NCBI RefSeq assembly: GCF_004010195.1
Contig: NC_057728.1
Location: 44,976,286 to 45,040,285 of the forward strand
Direction: 5' to 3'
From: Chiloscyllium plagiosum
Taxonomy: Eukaryota
Length of the DNA stretch: 64,000 bases
Shown here: one piece after another, positions 27,664-40,769 of the stretch
Layout: each line of letters starts with the position of its first letter
How positions within the stretch are numbered: the first letter of the stretch is position 1
The notes under the pieces: generated by a model
The model's input: the letters and a program-made list of their open reading frames with translations, nothing else
What the model was told of the DNA's origin: nothing
Databases searched by the model: none
Translations under genes and position numbers: made by a program

Positions 27664-28388
27664 AAGTCTGTTTTTCGCTCAACAAATTTACTGAGTGTTC
27701 CCAGCATTTTCTGTATTTATTATAGTCTTTAATCAGCAGCATTTTTTGTGCATTATTTTATTTCATTTAAGTTTACTTCTCATTTAGAGAGCTTGCCACT
27801 CAACAGCTTGAACTACTTTAAGAATGAAAAAAGAAGCATCTATTTACCCCCATTCATCTTCCCAGTGTGGCTATGCCTGTTATGAATTAGGCATTCCTTA
27901 TGAACAATAAATAATATGTGGTTTGCTTCTAAGACAATCAGAGACTTTTCTGCTTGTTTGGGGAATGGACACTAAGCTGAGTACATTTTAAGTGTGTCAA
28001 GTGTCAACTAGTTCTGCAATAGTGGATGAACGTTGAAACTTTATGGAAGGTATGCTTTAAGAAAAAGATACCACATTTATATTTTTAGGAGTAAGGACAT
28101 CTAACATGAATTGACATCAGAAAAAGAGAAACAAATGCGACCAATTTACACCATGCAATAGAAGCATATTAATCAATGTGTACAACATTTCTTTGACTGA
28201 AATATTCGTGGGAGTTTATTGCACTTTTGCCTTCAATTCTTTGATTAATGTGGCAAGTACGAACACTTTATACATGTTAATTAGTGACTTTTCACAGCAA
28301 ATTATTTTAAAACAGAATCAATGATATAAACAGAACAATTCAATAATTGCTCAAAAAATATTTTGATCAAGTGAACGAACCTATATTT

Positions 28389-28745
28389 AGAGTCACAGTC
28401 ACAGACTGAAGGAAATAGACCCTTCAGCCCAACTCGTCCATGCCAACCAAGTTTCTCAAACTAAATTAGTTCCATTTGCCTGCGTTTGGCCCGAAATCTT
28501 TCCTATTCATGCCTCTGTCCAAGTGTCTTTTAAATGTTGTAACTATACCTATCCTACATTTCCTCTGGTAGCTCATTCAATATGCGCACCTCCCTCTGTG
28601 TGAAACATTTGCCCCTCAGGTCCCTTTTAAATCTTTCCCCTCTCACCTTAAACCTATGCCCTCTAGTTTTGGACTCCCCTACCCTGGGAAAAAGACCTTG
28701 ACTATTCACTTTATCCAAGCCCCTCATGATTTTCTAAATCTCTAT
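28389..28745 (-). mobile_element. CR1 3' end
   Basis: Reverse complement of a CR1 3' terminus (ttccagggtaggggagtccaaaactagagggcatagg). Confidence 0.88.
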
Positions 28746-28751
28746 CATCTC

Positions 28752-31700
28752 TCTACTTGGAGGGTGATGGGTTCTCAGGGGAATGTAGCACGAACAGCCA
28801 AGTTTCTGCTATCAAGATTGGCTCTAATGCAATGAGGGGTACATCAGGTTTCAAGAGATCGATTGTGTTAGGGGACTCTCTTGTCTGAGGTACAGACAGA
28901 CGTTTCTGAGGCCAGCAGCAAAAAATCATAGTAGTGTGTTGCCTCCCTGGTGCCAGGATCAAGAATGTCTCAGAGAGAGTGCAGAATGTTCTCAAAGGGG
29001 AGAGGGACGAGCAGGAGGTCATTGTACATATTGGAACCAACAACATAGGAAGGAAAAAGGATGAGATTCTGAAGGGAGATTACAGAGAGTTAGGCAGGAA
29101 TTTAAAAAGAAGATCCTCGAGAGAATAATGTTTGGATTACTCCCAGGGCTGCAAACTGGTGAGGGTAGAAATAGGAGGATAGAGCAGATGAATGCATGGC
29201 TGAGGAGCTGGTGTATGGGATAGGGATTCACATTTTTGGATGTTTGGAATCTCTCCTGAGGTAGAAGTGACCTGTACAAGAAGGATGGATTGCACCTGAA
29301 TTGGAAGGAGATGAGTATACTGGCAGGGGGATTTGCTAGAGCTACTCGGGAGGATTTAAACTATTAAGGTGTGGGGCGGGGTGGGACCCAGGGAGATAGT
29401 GAGGAAAGAGATCAAGCTGAGACTGGTACAGTTGATAAAAGAACCGAGTCAAACAGTCAGGGCAGACAGGGACAAAACAGAGAACAAGGTAGGACTGATA
29501 AATTAAACTGCATTTATCTCAATGCCAGAGGTAATAGGGAAGGCAAATGAACTCAGGGCATGGTTAGGAACATGGGACTGGGATATCATAGCAATTACAA
29601 AAATGTGGCTCAGGGGTGGACAGGACTGGCAGCTTAATGTTCCAGGATACAAATGCTACAGTCAGGACAAAAAGGGAGGCAAGGGAAGAGGGGATGTGGT
29701 GTTTTTGTTAAGGGATAGCATTACTTGAGGGAGTATATTCCTGGAAATACATCCAGGGAAATTATTTGGGTGGAACTGAGAAATAAGAAAGGGATGATCA
29801 CCTTATTGGGATTGGATTATAGACCTCCTAATATTCAGAGGGAAATTGAGAAACAGATTTGTAAGGAGATCCCAGTTACCTGTAAGAATAATAGGGTGGG
29901 GGATTTTAACTTTCCACACATAGACTAGGACTACCACAGTGTTAAAGGTTTAGATGGAGAGGAATTTGTTAAGTCTGTACAAGAAAGTTTTCTGATTCAG
30001 TATGTGGATTCCCTACTAGAGAAAGTGCAAAACTTGACCTACTTTTGGGAAGTAAGGTAGGGCAGGTGACTGAGGTGGAAAGGGGAAACACTTTGGGGCC
30101 AGCGACCATAATTCTATTAGTTTTGAAGTTCTAAATTGGAAAAAGGCTAATTTTGACGGTATTAGGCAAGAACTTTCAAAAGCTGATTGAGGGCAGATGT
30201 TCACAGGTAGAGTGTCGGCTGGAAAATAGGAAGCCTTCAAAAATGAAATGATGAGAGTCCAGAGAAAGTGTATTCCTGTTAGGGTGAAAGGAAAGGCTGG
30301 TATATGTAGGAAATGCTGGATGGCGAAAGAAATTGAGTTTGGTTAAGAAAAAGAAGGAAGAATATGCCAGGTATAGAAAAGATAGATGAAATAAATCCTG
30401 AGAAGAGTATATAGGCAGTAGAAGTATGCTTAAGAGGAAAATCAGGAGGGCAAAAAGGGGACATGAGATAGCTTTGGCAAATAGAATTAAGGAGAATCCA
30501 AAGGGTTTTTACAAATACATTAAGGACAAAAGGGTAACTAGGGAGAGAATTGGGCCCCTCAAAGATCAGAAAGGTGGTCTTTGTGTGGAGCCGCAGGAAA
30601 TGGGGGAGATACTAAATAAATATTTTGCATCAGTTTTAATGTGGAAAAGGACATGGAAGATATAGACTGTAGGGAAATAGATGGTGACACCTTGCAAAAT
30701 GTCCATATTACAGAGGAGGAAGTGCTAGATGTCTTGAAACAATAAAGGTGGATAAATCCCCAGGACCTGACCAGGTGTATCCTACAACGCTGTGGGAAGC
30801 TAGGGAAGTGATTGCTGGGCCCCTTGCTGAGAAATTTGTAACATCGATAGTCACAGGTGAGGTGCCGGAAGATTGGAGGTTGGCTAACGTTGTGCCACTG
30901 TTGAAGAAGGGCGGTAAAGACAAGCCAGGGAGCTATAGACTGGTGAGCCTGACCTCGGTGGTGGGCAAGTTGTTGGAGAGAATCCTGAGGGACAGGATGT
31001 ACATGTATTTGGAAAGGCAAGGACTGATTAGGGATAGTCAACATGGCTTTGTGTGTGGGAAATCATGTCTCACAAACTTGATTGAGTTTTTTGAAGAAGT
31101 AACAAAGAGGATTGATGAAGGCAGAGCAGTAGATGTGATCTATATGGATTTCAGTTAGGCATTCGACAAGGTTCCCCATGGGAGATTGAACAGTAAAGTT
31201 AGATCTCATGGAATACAGGGAGAACTAGCCATTTGGATACAGAACTGGCTCAAAGGTAGAATACAGAGGGTGATAGTGGAGGGATGTTTTTCAGACTGGA
31301 GGCTTGTGACCAGTGGAGTGCCACAAGGATCAGTGCTGGGTCCACTACTTTTCATAATTTATTTAAATGATTTGGATGTGAGCATAAGAGGTATAGTTAG
31401 TAAGTTTGCAGATATCACCAAAATTGGAGACATAGTCGACAGCGAAGAAGGTTACCTCAGATTACATCGGGATCTTGATCAGATTGGCCAATAGAGACGT
31501 GGCAAATGGACTTTAATTTATATAAATGTGAGGTGCTGCATTTCGGAAAAGCAAATCTTAGCAGGACTTATCCACTTGATGGTAAGGTCCTAGGAAGTGT
31601 TGTTGATAAAGATACCTTGGAGTGCAGGTTCATAGCTCCTTGAAAGTGGAGTCACACGTAGATAGGATAGTGAAGAAGGCGTTTGGTATGCTTTCCTTTA

Positions 31701-32318
31701 TTGTTCAGAGTATTGAGTACAGGAGTTGGGAGGTCATGTTGTGGCTGTACAGGACATTGGTTCGGCCACTTTTAGAATATTGCGTGCAATTCTGGTCTCC
31801 TTCCTATCAGAAGGATGTTGTGAAACCTGAAAGGGTTCAGAAAAGATTTACAAGGATGTTGCCAGGGTTGGAGGATTTGAGGTTGGAGGGAGAGGTTGAA
31901 TAGGCTGGTGCTGTTTTTGCTGGAGCGTCGGAGGCTGAGGGGTGACCTTATAGATGTTTACAAAAATATGAGGGGCATGGATGGGGTAAATAGACAAAGT
32001 ATCTTCCCTGGGGTGGGGGAGTCCAGAACTAGAGGGCATTGGTTTAGGGTGAGTGGGGAAAGATATAAAAGAGACCTAAGGGGCAACGTTTTCATGCAAA
32101 GGTTGGTATAGAATGAACTGCCAGAGGAAGTGGTGGAGGCTGGTACAATTGCAACATTTGAAAGGCAACTGGATGGGTATATGAATAGTAAGGGTTTGGA
32201 GGGATATGGGCCGGGTGCTGGCAGGTGGGACTAGATTAATTAGGATATCTGGTTGGCATGGACGGGTTGGACCGAAGGGTTTGTTTCCATGCTGTACATC
32301 TCAATGATTCTATGACTC
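28752..32318 (+). mobile_element. Near full-length, inactivated CR1 LINE: ORF1 SGNH esterase, ORF2 APE + RT
   Basis: ORF1 IVLGDS (28862), PGAR, HIGTNN, KDGLHLN (29281); ORF2 [42 protein letters not shown]; many stops; tctatgactc tail. Confidence 0.95.
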
Positions 32319-33029
32319 GAACAGAAAAAGGTAGAAATTTACTGCAACTGAGTCAGCTTTGGAAAAAGAAAGATGTACTGTTTCTTCATGTGAGCTGCTA
32401 CAACAGAAACAATTCAGAGTCCTTTCGTCAAAACTGACGTAATTGTTCAAAATGAGAAATTAATTTTGCACTTTAAACAATTGAAGTAGTCTTTAAATTT
32501 AAGTGGAGTTGAAGTTATGAATGCTTATGTCAACAACAAAAGCAGAAGGATTTAGTTAATGGAATGTCTTCTCTTTGAAATTATCCTGTGACTGTACTTT
32601 GTATAAAGTTCTGTAGAAGATAACATTTGAAAAAAAATACAACAAATGAGTGATGAAGTGAAGGACAACAAATGAAGGAAATAGAACTTATAGTTTAAAG
32701 ATAGTGTAAATAGGCAGCAGCTACAATTCTGTCTTTTCTTCACTGAACAAGTTCGGTTAAAATGATCCCCATGTAGTCTTGTAAAAAGTAGTTTGGGGTT
32801 ACGGCAGAGGTGAGGTGAAAGTGACGGCACTTGATATCAAGACAACACAATCGACTGAGAGTCACAACAGGCAGCCTAATAAAGCAGGCACCAATAGAAA
32901 TCAGAGCAAAAACTCTGCAATGGCTGGAATTCAACCTGTACAAAAGAAGGCTTCTTATGAAGGCTCCTACACTTCGAACACCTCTCATACCCTCACGGCA
33001 TCTTTCCAAGCAATTACAGAAAGCATAAG

Positions 33030-34055
33030 CATCTTTACTTCCTCCCATCCTCACCATCCAAGGCTCCTGGCACAGCTTCCAGGTAAAGCAGCAATTTACT
33101 TGTGCTTCACGCAATCCAGTCTACTCTATTCACTGCTCACAATGTGGTCTCCTCTAGACGAAATGCAGACTGGGTGACTGCTTTGCTGAACACAAAGGTC
33201 AGTGGTTAGCACTGCTGCCTCATAATGCCAGGTACCCAGGTTCAATTCCAGCCTTGGGCGACTGTGTGGAGTTTGCACATTCTCCCTGTGTCTGTGTGGG
33301 TTTCCTCAGGGGGCTCCGGTTTCCTCTCACAATCCAAAGATGTGCAGTTGAGGTGAATTGACCATGCTAACTTGCCCATAGTATTTAGGAATATGTAAGT
33401 GCATTAGTCAGGGATAGATGTAGAGTAACAGGGGCAGTGGATCGGTCTGGGATGCTTACTTTTTGGAGGGTTGGTGTGAATTTGTTGAGCCAAATGGCCT
33501 GTTTCCACACTGTAGGGATTCTATGAAAAATACCTCCTCTTGCCTGCAACTCCAACATATCATTGTGTTCCCTGGCCAACATCTCTCTCTCAGGTTTGCT
33601 GCAGTGCTCTAGCGAAGCTCAACACAAGCTGGAATAACAGTATCTCATTTCTCTGTTTTGGGACTCTGCAGCCTTCAGGACTGAATATTGAGTTCAATAA
33701 TCTTAGGGCCTGAGCATGTCCTTCCCCAAGCCCCATACACCAGGCCTTGTCATCACATGGGCTGTGACCACAACCATCCCATTGTCAGCCTCTCATGGCC
33801 ACTATTAGCATTATTGATTTCCCCAGGCTGACCTTTACCCATTCCTTTGCTTGACCATCTGTGGTTTTCTCGCTCTCTCCCTGGGCTTCATCGCCAGCTA
33901 CTGTTTATTCCACTTCCTTCCCCTATCTCATCTTCAACATCTATACCAACCTTTTCCTCGCAACAATCAATTCTGAAGAAGCCGAAACATTAATTCTGTT
34001 TTCTCTCCACAGATGCTACTAGACCTGCTGAGTTTTCCCAGTCATTTCTGGTTTT
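33030..34055 (+). mobile_element. Penelope-like 3' fragment (GIY-YIG relic and terminus) split by a SINE
   Basis: QFTCAS.NPVYSIHCSQCGLL...LGDCFAEH at ~33090-33192; resumes at ~33530; collapsed hammerhead ctgaagaagccgaaacatt at ~33973. Confidence 0.7.
33197..33525 (+). mobile_element. tRNA-derived SINE (HE1/V-SINE type)
   Basis: tcagtggttagcactgctgcctca, ggttcaattcc, core, ctgtagggattctatga tail. Confidence 0.9.
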
Positions 34056-34591
34056 GTTTGCTGTTTACCATTGTTCTCTTGTACCCCTCAGCCATACTTC
34101 TTGGACTGTGGCATTGTGGACAAGTGAATTATTACATTCAATTATCTGAATCTCAATTGTTATTGTCTGTGATTGCTTGCATAAGTAGGGATTTGATAAC
34201 ATCTTCAAGCTTAAGTTGTTGTTTATTCTGCCACTACTGTTCCTGATTTACCTTTAGCATTTAACACGGGGGTCATTTTAATGAGCCCAGAATAACTCAA
34301 CCACAACACGGATTCAGATCTCTCTCTTCCACTATCCCCTACCTGTAACCAATACCCCTTTGTTGCACATCGACAAATTCTGCAATGACTGAAGAATTTT
34401 TGAAGAGATCTGACATTTTAAAAGTAAATTTTGCAATTCATCGTAGCTGATTTATTGCAGCCCTGACAAGATAACGTTATTATTAAGAAGACAGATCTGC
34501 CCATGTTGATGTTGGAAATGTTTAACGCAATATTCTTTACTGGGGCTGCCATAATTTCTGTCCTCAATAAGTTTTCCCAATTTAGAGGTGT

Positions 34592-34607
34592 CAGCACCAT
34601 CTAGTGG
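34592..34607 (-). promoter_or_regulatory. CTCF-like motif CCACTAGATGGTGCTG
   Basis: Close match to the CTCF core consensus in non-repetitive sequence; motif only. Confidence 0.45.
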
Positions 34608-34819
34608 AAATCAGCTCTTATTACAACAATCTCAACAAATTAAAAGGCTCATGAAATGTATGTCGTGTGTGTTACCTATTTGGATGTTTTGAATTCGTGC
34701 TGCAGCAACTTTGTTTGCTCATGTCACCACATTAACCCTGCAGCATTGTGTGACTGTCAATCATGTTAAACAGAATGGCATTAGGCATTAGGCATTGTAC
34801 TGTACAACCCATCAAGGTA

Positions 34820-35365
34820 CGCATTTTGGGAAAGCAAATCTTAGCAGGACTTATGCACTTAATGGTAAGGTCCTAGGGAGTGTTGAAGGGTTCAGAAAAG
34901 ATTTACAAGGATATTGCCAGGGTTGGAGGATTTGAGCTATAGGGAGAGGCAAAACAAGCTCGTGCTGTTTTCCCTGGAGCGTCAGAGGCTGAGGAGTGAC
35001 CTTATAGAGGTTTACAAAATTATGAGGGGCATGGATAGGGTAAATAGACTCCCCTGGAGTGGGGCAGTCCAGAACTAGAGGGCATAGGTTTAGGGTGAGA
35101 GGGGAAAGATATAAAAGATACCTAAGAGGCAGCGTTTTCACTCAGAGGGTGGTACGTGTGTGGAATGAGCTGTCAGAAGAAGTGGTGGAGGTTGGTACAA
35201 TTGCAACATTTAAGAGGCATTTGGATGGGTATATGAATAGGAAGGGCTTGGAGGGATATGAGCCAGTGCTGGCAGGTGGAACTAGATTGGGTTGGGATAT
35301 CTGGTCGTCATGGACAGGTTGGACCGAAGGGTCTGTTTCTATGCTGTACATCTCTATGACTCTAT
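34820..35365 (+). mobile_element. CR1 3' fragment with internal deletion
   Basis: Matches ~31537-31603 then jumps to ~31830-32318; SRTRGHRFRV, FTQRVVRVWNEL. Confidence 0.92.
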
Positions 35366-37744
35366 AAATACTAATAGTGCTGGCGGTAGGATTAAGAAAT
35401 GAAATGTTATACTTGGAATCACAGCCACCAGCCCTCTATCTCCTGCTCAAATGCTACGCAATCATGTAATGCCATATTTAGGGCAGAATTTAGTGCAGCC
35501 CATCAGAGTGAACATAATGGTAGGTGGGTAGAACAGGGAATCTGGCAAGGTTGATAGGATGCCAATTAAGCTAATTATGAACCATTTGACATCAATTATT
35601 TTCAACGCCACCAGAGTTTAGTCATGACTTAGGGATTTAACAATCTTTCACAGGTCTCTTGTAGCCCAAGGCAATACCCAGAAACCCTGTCAATTATGGC
35701 TCCTGCCATGTGGGGACAAAGTGAGGGCTGGAGAGGGGAGTAATGTGCTCCTCCATTTACAGGCACTCAGCGTATAACTGACAACCAGTTGTTGGGTCAC
35801 CCTTTGCACTTTCCTCTGAAGTTTCTGCTACCCTCTCCAGTGATACTTTCTTCCCACAGATCCCCAATCCACATCGCTCATGTTTCTCCAGGAATTAATA
35901 AGCAAAGATAGGCCTCAAAGCATCAAAGTTCGCAGTGACATTACTAACAATGGTAACAGTATCTTCACCCACTGGGGCTTTTGTTCACATGTGTAGTCGA
36001 GTGCTGACCAGTTAAAGTGCCCAATGTTTCTCCCCATTTCTGGAGCAAGTTGGATTGCCCACCAGTTCACCAGCTGGTGAAAGGAACTGGCACCACAGTT
36101 CCTGTACTCTGCCGTGGTTTGCAGTGGTCTGAAAAACCAACGTAACCAGGCCAGTTTCAACTTGGATTTTATTTTGCCACAGCATTCAAAAATAACAATT
36201 TGTCATAGCAAGTTGCAATAATTCCATGGGGGGCCTGAATGTTATGGGTTCATTTCAAAATTATACAGAAGCTCTGATGAAAGAATAGATAGTACAAGTA
36301 TCACTTATCACTTTAATATGGCTCCACATTTGTAGGTGCAATTAATAACATCCAGGTCTTGGAGAAGATAGAATTGTGCTCTTAACTAAAATTGTTCCTA
36401 AATGTGAACTTGATGTGATTCAAAAGACATCAATCCTGCAATATCAAAATATATTCACTGGAAATTTCCTCAAGGTGCTTCTTGTAGGTCTGAGTAACAT
36501 CAACAAAAACCCTGGACACTGGGCAAGGAAATTTCTGATAAATACAGCTTACATCAAGCAGAGATTTAAACCATTCCAAATTAATTGCATTGTAATCCAG
36601 AATGAAACTAAATCTAACATATAGATTACCTGGTTCAATTTGTATATTTTACTCACATATCATGAGCATCAAATAAAGTTGAAGGAGGTGGTACGGAAAA
36701 GATATTTAGGGAATTGAATAGTAATACTGGAGGCATAGGGGAGAAGCAGAATTGCTTCATTTGGAATGGATGCAACAGTTACAGATGATAATATTTTGAT
36801 TTCAAACTAGAAAATGCTGGGTAGCCTTGCCCTCCACCCCCATCTCAAACGTTACAAAATCACAGATGTACTGCTCACAATTTCCAGATGAACAAACTAA
36901 CCAGACATGTTCTCCACTTCTATGCCCCTTCATTTTTGTCAGCCTAGCATAAAAATACAGTTTCAGTACATTAGTATGTTATCAGAAATCTAACTCCAGT
37001 AATCTCTTTCACTATTTTTGGTTTTGTTGCTATGTAGCTTTTAGGATGATATCATTAAGTCACAATGTCTCCAATTGTGTAGCAAAAGGGAACTGATACG
37101 CCTGAGTTTTAAGAAAATAGCCTTGGGGCTAGTTTGACAGTTGTTTGAGAGATATCTTCAGTGATAACAGTTGGTGTGATGCTAGGGAAACAAAGAGAAG
37201 TTGTAGTTAGAACAAGATACAGAACCATCACGTGTTAGAGGCAGCAAAAGGTACAAAAGATATTTGGGTAAGGAATTTAGATTCAGTTTGGGGAGATGCT
37301 GGGTTTTACTTTGCAACTTGCTCATTTCAGAAACAGGGCTTGCATTGGGCCTGACGTTATTTTGTTTCAATATACATTATCCACAAGCACACTTGTATTT
37401 GAAGCCTTCTATTGAGAAGGAGTGAAAGATCATTTTAGGAACACTAGCTTGTACATTTGCCATATTTGGTAGATGAATCCTAATGCTTAACACCCTTCGA
37501 GTACAGAAGTATTTTATTGTTTATGTTTAGCTCTGTTGCCTTGATGTCTAGAGTTCGATTCAGAATAACACTAATGTCAACAGCATGGCTTTAATTACCA
37601 CTCCAGCAGAATTAGACATGGGACCTGCCTCCACACCTGCCCCTGACATTGGAAGATAATGGAAGACAAGCGCTGGCAAATATTGCCAAGAGAAATGGAT
37701 CAGGATAGCATTAAGATCTCTTGTGTCACAGTGGTAGTCTTCCT

Positions 37745-37992
37745 TCTACCTATCCGCTGCACCCTCCTCTCTGACCTATCACAAACATGCATCCCTCCCT
37801 GCATCCACTATCACCTTCCCAGCCACCTCCCCCATCTAGCCCCAGCCCCACCCCCATCCTCCTATTTATTCTCAGCCCGACCCTCCTTTCCCCCCAACCC
37901 ACATTCCTGATGAAGGGCGTTAGCCCAAAATATTGACTTTTCTGCTCCTCAGATGCTGCCTGACCTGCTGTGCTTGTCCAGCACCACACCTT
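37745..37992 (+). mobile_element. Penelope-like 3' terminus with degenerate hammerhead
   Basis: C-rich tract then cattcctgatgaagggcgttagcccaaaatattgac...gatgctgcctgacctgctg. Confidence 0.75.
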
Positions 37993-39255
37993 CCGGCACA
38001 GTGATAGACAGTAGACCTAGGTTCAAGTTCTGCTTGAGAGGTGTGTAATAACATCTCTGAAAAGGTTAATAAGGAAATATCTTTAACTTCTCCAACGGTA
38101 TCCTAAAATCTGATGATTGTTAGAAACATCCAAGACAGTGACTATCCAATAGCATGCATGATTATCCAATAGCTTATTTGCCACCATTGCTGAGGTTTTT
38201 TTTAAAAATTCTGGATTTGATAAATGAATTCAAATGTCACATTTGGATTTAAATGCATGTGCACAGAGCATTAGCCCAGCTTACTGGTAAAAGTAACATT
38301 GTTACCACATTTCCACTATTCCCCTCAATGTGTGTAGGCATTGTTTGCAAGAAAATATTATGTGAGTTTGTGTTAGTACATGAGGTACTTCTGAGAAAGA
38401 AATTTGCAATAATTTTATAGGGTGAAAAATTACATTACAAATTCACAGAACTTATTTTCACAATTGAAAGGAAATCCTCTTTTGAAGTATCAGAAACGTA
38501 ACTGTTAAAATGGAAAATGTTCAACATGTTGCAAAATAATAAATTAAACTGCAGGCAAACCTCTTGACAATTCAGAAGCAACATGGCACATTTAGAGGGT
38601 GAAATATCATTTCTGGAGTCACTGGCATTTTTAACTAAAGATGCAATTTGCAACATTATTTACTTTGAGGCATGCTTTGGGGAGGCAATGGTGTAGGGTC
38701 ATTAGACGAATAATCCAGGGGGCTGAGGTTAATGTTCTGATGACATGTGTTCAAATTCCACAGTGGCAATTGATAGAATTTAACTTTAATAAATAAAAAT
38801 CACTCTCAGTAATGATGACCCAGAAACCAATAATGGATTGTCATAAAAACCTGTCTGATTCTCTAAGCTCTTTTAGGGAAGGATATTTGCCATCATTAAC
38901 CAGTCTGGCCTGTGTGTTACTCCAAAATCATGGAATATGACTTTTCAATGAATTAGCAAGCCATAAGGAACAACACTGGTTTTGCCAACCATACTATAAT
39001 CTCATGAAAAAGAAGAATGAAAAAAAAGTATCAAATTGAATAAATTGTGTTTTTATGATAATTTAATATACCTGGATGTAAAAGTTTAAATTTTAAGTAT
39101 TCATTTCTCTGCTTTTTGTGGTTTTAGGACTTGGCAAAATTTCCACCCTCATAAACTTCTCATTAGGTTTGACGTACAGTAGTGTCTTATCTTGTCTAAT
39201 GTCTCGATTTGGGAAGCAAGAGAGTCCCAGATCTAAGGTTGCCCCAGGGCTAGCT

Positions 39256-39483
39256 GGGAGAAAGTGAGGATTGCAGATGCTGGAGATCAGAGCTGAAAAA
39301 TGTGTTGCTGGAAAAGCGCAGCAGGTCAGGCAGCATCCAAGGAACAGGAGAATTGACGTTTCGGGCATAAGCCCTTCTTCAGGAATCATAAGCCTGAAGA
39401 AGGGCTTATGCCCGAAATGTCGATTCTTCTACTCCTTGGATGCTGCCTGACCTGCTGCGCTTTTCCAGCAACACATTTTTCAG
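39256..39483. mobile_element. Palindromic Penelope-terminus-derived insertion with two oppositely oriented hammerhead cores
   Basis: ~95-bp near-perfect inverted arms; perfect 13-bp direct repeat cccagggctagct at 39243-39255 and 39484-39496. Confidence 0.9.
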
Positions 39484-40769
39484 CCCAGGGCTAGCTAAGG
39501 AAGGTTCGCAAGAATGCAGCAACCCATTCACATTCAACTGACAAGGAGTTGTTGTGGATAATAATGTGTTTATACTGTTTCCATAGCTCCCAAAGAAATA
39601 AAGCCCGGAACAACAAATGCTATAAGCTAGTAAAGAATTGGCTTTGTGTTCTCCTCAGGGCTAACAGAGGAAAAAAAAGATCCGTTTAACCAGATTATTT
39701 GCCCAAATGTTGTGATCTTTTTTAAAACAAAAACAAATTATCAAAGTATTGCTATTAACCTTATTGCATGCACTTCTGGAAAGCCTTCTAATAGGACGGA
39801 TATTAAAACCACGTGAAGGTTCAAAATGGTCACTGCGGCCGATGCAAAAAATGAAAAGCTACAATTAAGAAGAAGGACAAAAGAAAATTAGATTGGAACA
39901 GAACCAAGAAAACTGGATACAATACAGTAACTCTTCTCAAAATCTGGCAAGATTTTGATGATAAAAAAGCAGATTGTTTCAGCTGACTGCCAAATGAGTA
40001 ATAAGAGGGCAGAGGTTTTAGAGATCATCATCATCAGGACAATGAAGAAGAAAATTTACTTCCAGACAGAGTACCGTTAAAGTTTGGGGAGCATTGCCAC
40101 AAGTGGTTACTGAGGCTGAGACTATAACATCTCTTCAAAAGAAACTGGTTAAATGTTCCAAGAGGCATATATAGTAAGAGACAGAGAAATGGAAATGTAA
40201 TAGACAGCTCCTGTTGAAGGAACGCGATGCCACAGGCTCAGTGGATTGAATGTGCTATGTGTTCCATTATTTCCCAATCTTATTGTTTTACGTATGAGGA
40301 TAAAATTATCATTTATACATTCTGAGAAAATATTTAGGAAAAATCTATTCGGGACAGACCAGCTAGTTCAAATGCAGTATTTGTTAATAACTAAAAATGT
40401 TTGAAATTATATGGAAAATTATGCACATTATTTTCAAATATAGAATAAGTCAATTTCTTTGCTAACTAAAAAGAACTGCACTGAACTGATGGAGTAAATT
40501 GAGTGTCAATCACACGAGGTAAATATAAATTTCAATATGAAAGAAGAGGAGAACATGGGCATGCATTAAGTACACTAAAATGTCTTAATGCTATAGAGTT
40601 GTTCAAATTTGTTGTTAAGCAACCTAGTCAAAGGAATATAAAACTACAATACTGTGGATGCTGGAAACCTGAAATAAAAACAGAAAATGCTAGGGCAACT
40701 CATAGTCCAGCTGTGAATGTGAAACAAAGCGAACATTTTGAGTCCAGAAGAGAATGGGGTCAGGAAATG

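Noticed and set aside
28752..32318. Active autonomous retrotransposon
   Set aside because: Multiple stops and frameshifts in both ORFs; the Rex1 and Penelope copies are likewise broken
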